IMG/VR virus record: IMGVR_UViG_3300023171_000004
Span: 1-40,230 of that record
DNA: 40,230 nucleotides
DNA from: a virus
Reading direction: 5' to 3' (one strand)
Positions 38,613-40,230 of the stretch are shown here, in pieces. Under the pieces are notes generated by a model. The model saw nothing but the letters and a program-made list of their open reading frames with translations. It was not told the DNA's origin and made no database searches. How positions within the stretch are numbered: position 1 is the stretch's first letter; every line of letters begins with the position of its first letter. The translations under genes and the position numbers were made by a program.

Positions 38613-40230
38613 ATGAGAAAATCAATACTTACTTACTTACTACTACTGATCGGATTAGGGACATTCGCTCAGACATCACCTAGTTATCCATCAATTCCGC
38701 CAGGGTTTGCGCCTTATGGGTCACAGTATTACAAGAATGCCGCGGGTACGGTTATTATAGGCACCTCTGCTGGCGCTTTTAGGGTTGTTACGAATAAATA
38801 TTCATTGGATAGTTTGGCGGCGGCTGTTGACGGCAAGTTAGCTACTAAGGTTCCTAATACAAGAACGGTAAACGGTAAAGCATTAAGCACGGATATAACG
38901 ATAACCAAATCAGACGTTGGATTAGGAAATGTAGATAACATTTCTTCTTCTGGGTATAACCTACAATTAGTTACTACTAATGGATCTTCAACTAATAGAA
39001 GAATAGTAAGTTCTGTAGCTATACAATCAGATAGCTCGGTATTTTTTACAGCAAAATCAACTGGCAAGATACAGTTAGGCGATAACGTTAGATACATTGT
39101 AGATACAATATATAATTATGGAAATTCAATAACAGCTGGATTTGGGGTAACTCAACAGGTCGCCTATGCGCCTGTTTTTAGCGAAATTGTGGGGGCTTTC
39201 AATATTAATAGAGGTATATCGGGGACAAAAATGCAAAGATCTGCCGCTTCTCCGGCAGATAGCGCTATGTATAGTAGAATATCGGGCATACCTGAAAAGA
39301 AGTCAGGCAGAAGATATTTGATGTTTGCTTACGGAACAAACGACATAAACAATAGCCCGGCAATATATAACATTACCGATTATACAACAGACTACAACGC
39401 TGTGCTAGATGCAGCAATAGCTAAAGGGTGGAGTTCATCTGACATAATTATCATAGGGCCAAACTATGTTCATACAGGAGAAGGGACATCAGCGGGTAGT
39501 TTGTCTAGGGGAGCATCTTATAATAGTGTTACGCAGAGTATAGCAACATCCAGAGGTATAACGTTTGTAAATGTAAGAGATGCCTTTATAGCGGCTGGAC
39601 CACGAACAGTAATGATGTCCGATAGTATACACCCGAATAATCAAGGGCATCAGTTATACGTAAAATTATTGATGTCTGCTATCAACCCATATATTGCTCC
39701 TTCAATAGTAAACTTTGGTAAATCTTACTTATACAATACGACTTTTATTGGGAATAGGGGATTTGGTGGAGTTAATAACCCTACTTCTATATCTTTTGAT
39801 GGTACTTTTGCTAATTCTTCGAATGACGTAAGCCAGTCTAAATTGCTTTTGATAAATTCTGGTGCTTCAAGGGCAGGATTTTCAGTTAACGGGGCTGGGG
39901 TTTCTTATTTTTCAGAGGTTGGTAGCAATCAACATAGGTTCTATGGACTAGGAGGGGTAAATATTATGAATGGAAACATTCAGGTAAATAGTCTTAACAC
40001 TACTCAATCAGCTACACCACCATATATAGACTTGGGTTCTAGTTCTTTTGCTAGCGCGGCAAATACTCCTGCTAGCTCTAAAATAAGACTTTTTGGTAGC
40101 GGGAGTAATATATCTGGTATAGGCGTTTCGTCTGCGGGAATAGAATATTTCAGCTCTGTGGGTGGAGGAACTGGAGTTCATTATTTTAGAGGGGGAACTA
40201 TTAATATAGATGGCAGTATGAACGTAGGCA
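38613..40230 (+). CDS. 5' portion of the junction-spanning fibre-like protein: signal-peptide-like N-terminus, fibre motif, SGNH/GDSL esterase domain, start of tandem repeats (continues at 128..924 after the overlap)
   Basis: Hand translation shows no stop to the window end. It contains MRKSILTYLLLLIGLGTFAQ/TS and TRTVNGKALSTDITITKSDVGLGNVDN. The SGNH blocks are YGNSITAGFG (I), FAYGTNDI (III) and SDSIHPNNQGH (V). This ORF is absent from the track because it lacks a stop inside the window. Confidence 0.85.
   Translation, partial: MRKSILTYLLLLIGLGTFAQTSPSYPSIPPGFAPYGSQYYKNAAGTVIIGTSAGAFRVVTNKYSLDSLAAAVDGKLATKVPNTRTVNGKALSTDITITKSDVGLGNVDNISSSGYNLQLVTTNGSSTNRRIVSSVAIQSDSSVFFTAKSTGKIQLGDNVRYIVDTIYNYGNSITAGFGVTQQVAYAPVFSEIVGAFNINRGISGTKMQRSAASPADSAMYSRISGIPEKKSGRRYLMFAYGTNDINNSPAIYNITDYTTDYNAVLDAAIAKGWSSSDIIIIGPNYVHTGEGTSAGSLSRGASYNSVTQSIATSRGITFVNVRDAFIAAGPRTVMMSDSIHPNNQGHQLYVKLLMSAINPYIAPSIVNFGKSYLYNTTFIGNRGFGGVNNPTSISFDGTFANSSNDVSQSKLLLINSGASRAGFSVNGAGVSYFSEVGSNQHRFYGLGGVNIMNGNIQVNSLNTTQSATPPYIDLGSSSFASAANTPASSKIRLFGSGSNISGIGVSSAGIEYFSSVGGGTGVHYFRGGTINIDGSMNVG
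40104..40230. repeat. Exact 127-bp direct terminal repeat, copy 2 (identical to 1..127)
   Basis: See copy 1. The two copies are identical over all 127 bases. Confidence 0.97.

Noticed and set aside
38729-39097. 122-aa - strand ORF from the track.
   Set aside because: It is antisense to the hand-translated SGNH fibre gene (38613 onward), which has a signal peptide, a fibre motif and all the esterase blocks. The track missed that gene only because it lacks a stop within the window.
39782-40230. Diversity-generating retroelement (template/variable repeat pair) as an explanation for the fibre repeats.
   Set aside because: The window has no reverse transcriptase gene. Differences between repeat copies are spread over all four bases rather than confined to adenine positions, and include indels.

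Overview
The window is a complete tailed dsDNA phage genome of about 40,103 bp. Bases 1..127 are repeated exactly at 40104..40230, and one long gene reads in frame through that join, so the contig is either circularly closed or terminally redundant. The + strand carries these modules:
- A siphovirus-type, HK97-like morphogenesis module: TerS, TerL, portal, MuF-like protein, protease-like protein, capsid, three connector proteins, tail tube, a G/GT chaperone pair with an A AAA AAG -1 frameshift site, a 741-aa tape measure and a 915-aa distal tail protein.
- A fibre operon headed by a paralogue of the tail tube gene.
- A lysis cluster around an M15 zinc-peptidase endolysin.
- An early/replication arm: Rad52-superfamily annealing protein, PD-(D/E)XK exonuclease, a protein with an SSB-type EDDLPF tail, GIY-YIG, a DUF3987 helicase-like protein, an iteron/AT-palindrome origin-like region, a SLOG protein and a VRR-NUC nuclease.

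A leftward early operon is headed by an RHH-like regulator. I found no integrase, tRNA, rRNA or CRISPR array. The host is probably Bacteroidota, an inference from TAnnTTTG -7 boxes, FAQ/SQA-type signal peptides, an SprB-type repeat and DUF3987.

The most unusual points:
1. The late operon is cut into six sense units by five antisense cargo cassettes. The largest is a 2.9-kb, ten-gene, membrane-protein-rich island at 34751..37622, which is my best candidate for an undescribed accessory system.
2. A duplicated tail tube gene heads the fibre operon.
3. A fibre-like SGNH esterase and two other proteins encoded among the virion genes carry Sec signal peptides.
4. Twelve genes (eight exact to TAnnTTT[GA], four with one deviation) show a fixed TAnnTTT[GA]-N4-ATG geometry that predicts leaderless mRNAs.

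All family calls rest on motifs read by eye. No database search was possible.
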